Assembly (NCBI GenBank): GCA_018818465.1
Contig: JAHIRU010000074.1
Coordinates: 1 to 35,146, forward strand
Origin: Nanobdellota archaeon
Lineage (GTDB): Archaea > Aenigmatarchaeota > Aenigmatarchaeia > QMZP01
Length of the DNA: 35,146 bases
Direction of reading: 5' to 3'
The translations under genes and the position numbers were made by a program. Below the pieces are notes generated by a model. The model was not told where the DNA came from. It was given only the letters and a program-made list of their open reading frames with translations, and did no database searches. Below are positions 34,087 to 35,146 of the stretch, in pieces; position 1 is the first letter of the stretch; each line of letters starts with the position of its first letter.

Positions 34087-34949
34087 TGATGGTCTTTGTT
34101 CTTATCAGTTGAAATTAAATCTGCAACCAGTCCTATGAATCCTATTTGCAATGCAGCGAGCAACAAGAATACAGAAAGCTCTGCGATATTATGGAAGAAT
34201 AATATGTCATGAACAAACCATGCTATTCCCAAAATGCCTACAATAGCTGCTGTAGGGATGAAGATCTTCAATGGATTGAAATACATCATCATCTTCATAA
34301 AGAGTTTATTGAAGCCGAAAAAGTCAGAAGCTTTCATCTTTGATTTTCCTTTCCTTTTTTCATAATTTATTGGAACATATTTCACATGGTAATCATTGCA
34401 TAACGATGCAAGCGTTATTGTTGATGTAAAAGAAAATCCTGAAGGATACAAATGGAAGAATCTCATTGCAAGATCCTTCTTGAAAATCCTCAAACCCGAA
34501 TTAAGATCAGGTATGTTTGTACCTGCTATATAATTTGCGAATTTTGATAAAACATATTTTGCTGGACGCCTTGAAATGGGTATAGAAACATTTTTACCTG
34601 TTCTTGCACCAACAACCATATCATAATGCTCTAGATGAGGCAAAAGATCTGGAATAGCACTTTCAGGATAGGTTCCGTCAGCGTCTGTAATCATTATCCA
34701 ATCACCTTTAGCGTTCTTTATCCCTGTCTTAAGTGCAGCACCGTAGCCTTTGTTATGAGGATGATTTAATTTATGAACAAAACTTATTTTTTCCAATATT
34801 TCAGCGGTTTTGTCTTTGGAACCGTCGTTAACAACTATGATTTCATATTTATGTTTTGTAGAATCCATTGTTTTCTTTAATCTGTTCATCACTTCTTCTA
34901 CTGCTTGCTCTTCATTGTAAGCTGGAATAACAACACTTATCATAGTCAT
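34083..34949 (-). CDS. GT2-family polyprenyl-phosphate glycosyltransferase with C-terminal TM helices (GT2 c)
   Basis: 288 aa. Shows ISVVIPAYNEE, VVNDGSKD and ITDADGTYP. The C-terminal helices are IFIPTAAIVGILGIAWFV and LSVFLLLAALQIGFIGLVADLI. Confidence 0.85.
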   Translation of the reverse strand: MTMISVVIPAYNEEQAVEEVMNRLKKTMDSTKHKYEIIVVNDGSKDKTAEILEKISFVHKLNHPHNKGYGAALKTGIKNAKGDWIMITDADGTYPESAIPDLLPHLEHYDMVVGARTGKNVSIPISRRPAKYVLSKFANYIAGTNIPDLNSGLRIFKKDLAMRFFHLYPSGFSFTSTITLASLCNDYHVKYVPINYEKRKGKSKMKASDFFGFNKLFMKMMMYFNPLKIFIPTAAIVGILGIAWFVHDILFFHNIAELSVFLLLAALQIGFIGLVADLISTDKNKDHH

Positions 34950-34968
34950 ATAGAGAATATGATTCGGG

Positions 34969-34981
34969 TTTTTATATTTAA
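34969..34981 (-). promoter_or_regulatory. TATA-like box ~26 nt upstream of the GT2 c ATG
   Basis: The minus strand reads ttaaatataaaaa. No SD before ATG at 34949. Confidence 0.35.
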
Positions 34982-35020
34982 GCTTTGTTCAAAGGTGAGC
35001 GTGACCCAATTAATATTTCG

Positions 35021-35146
35021 TTACACGTTCTGTATTACCTCAAGACCCGCATTAACCAGATCTTTAAGCTGCTTAAAATTTTTAATGCTTGCAAGCTTCT
35101 TTATAACATATTCTGGCCTCAAATAAAACTCCCTATAGGCACGCTT
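35021..35146 (-). CDS. C-terminal fragment of a seventh B12-domain radical SAM paralog (runs off the right edge)
   Basis: My reverse-complement translation gives KRAYREFYLRPEYVIKKLASIKNFKQLKDLVNAGLEVIQNV* with TAA at 35021-35023. It aligns by eye with the C-termini of the 11187 ORF (AFRSFYLRPVKMLDLLFTIKSVNELKWTIKAGFEIFKGV) and the 20435 ORF (AYRSFYLKPSYVFSVLKKIKSPEQFFRWFVAGANFLKH). Confidence 0.6.
   Translation of the reverse strand, partial: KRAYREFYLRPEYVIKKLASIKNFKQLKDLVNAGLEVIQNV

Noticed and set aside
1-35146. CRISPR arrays, IS elements, integrases, long direct or inverted repeats, rRNA/tRNA genes
   Set aside because: I saw none. Coding density leaves no room for an array. The repeated gene families are diverged at the protein level and would not form nucleotide repeats. 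Detection of short dispersed repeats by eye is limited, and a self-dot-plot would be the proper check.

Overview
The window is AT-rich and about 97% coding by my tally of the gaps between called CDSs. I call 30 complete CDSs plus two edge-truncated ones. I saw no rRNA, tRNA, CRISPR array, transposase or integrase.

The expression signals look archaeal. First genes of transcription units lack a Shine-Dalgarno (SD) motif and carry a TATA-like box about 22-27 nt upstream of the start codon. Several internal genes carry GGAGG/GGTGAT-type SD motifs. The domain assignment is still an inference.

The whole window reads as a cell-envelope glycan or lipid-headgroup modification island. Its hallmark is seven cobalamin(B12)-domain radical SAM (rSAM) paralogs, six complete and one truncated at the right edge. 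The six complete ones are divergent and fall into two motif-defined subfamilies, A and B.

The rSAM genes are interleaved with:
- three GT2 polyprenyl-phosphate-type glycosyltransferases;
- three UPF0104/MprF-type flippase-like membrane proteins;
- three ArnT/PMT-like GT-C membrane glycosyltransferases.

An aminosugar and amino-acid toolkit sits alongside them:
- an extended SDR epimerase;
- two DegT aminotransferases;
- a hexapeptide-repeat (LbH) acyltransferase;
- a CE4 deacetylase;
- a FemAB-like aminoacyl or acyl transferase;
- an AsnB-type amidotransferase;
- an aspartate racemase;
- an FAD oxidoreductase;
- two SAM methyltransferases;
- two GT4 enzymes;
- a Wzx-like flippase.

A-type rSAM genes sit next to GT2 genes and B-type rSAM genes sit next to GT-C genes. 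One operon, GT2-CE4 deacetylase-rSAM, mirrors the HpnI/K/J (hopanoid cyclitol ether) and ArnC/ArnD logic.

No priming phosphoglycosyltransferase, AglB/OST or Wzy is visible, so this looks like a tailoring island. All functional calls rest on motifs read by eye. No database search was run.
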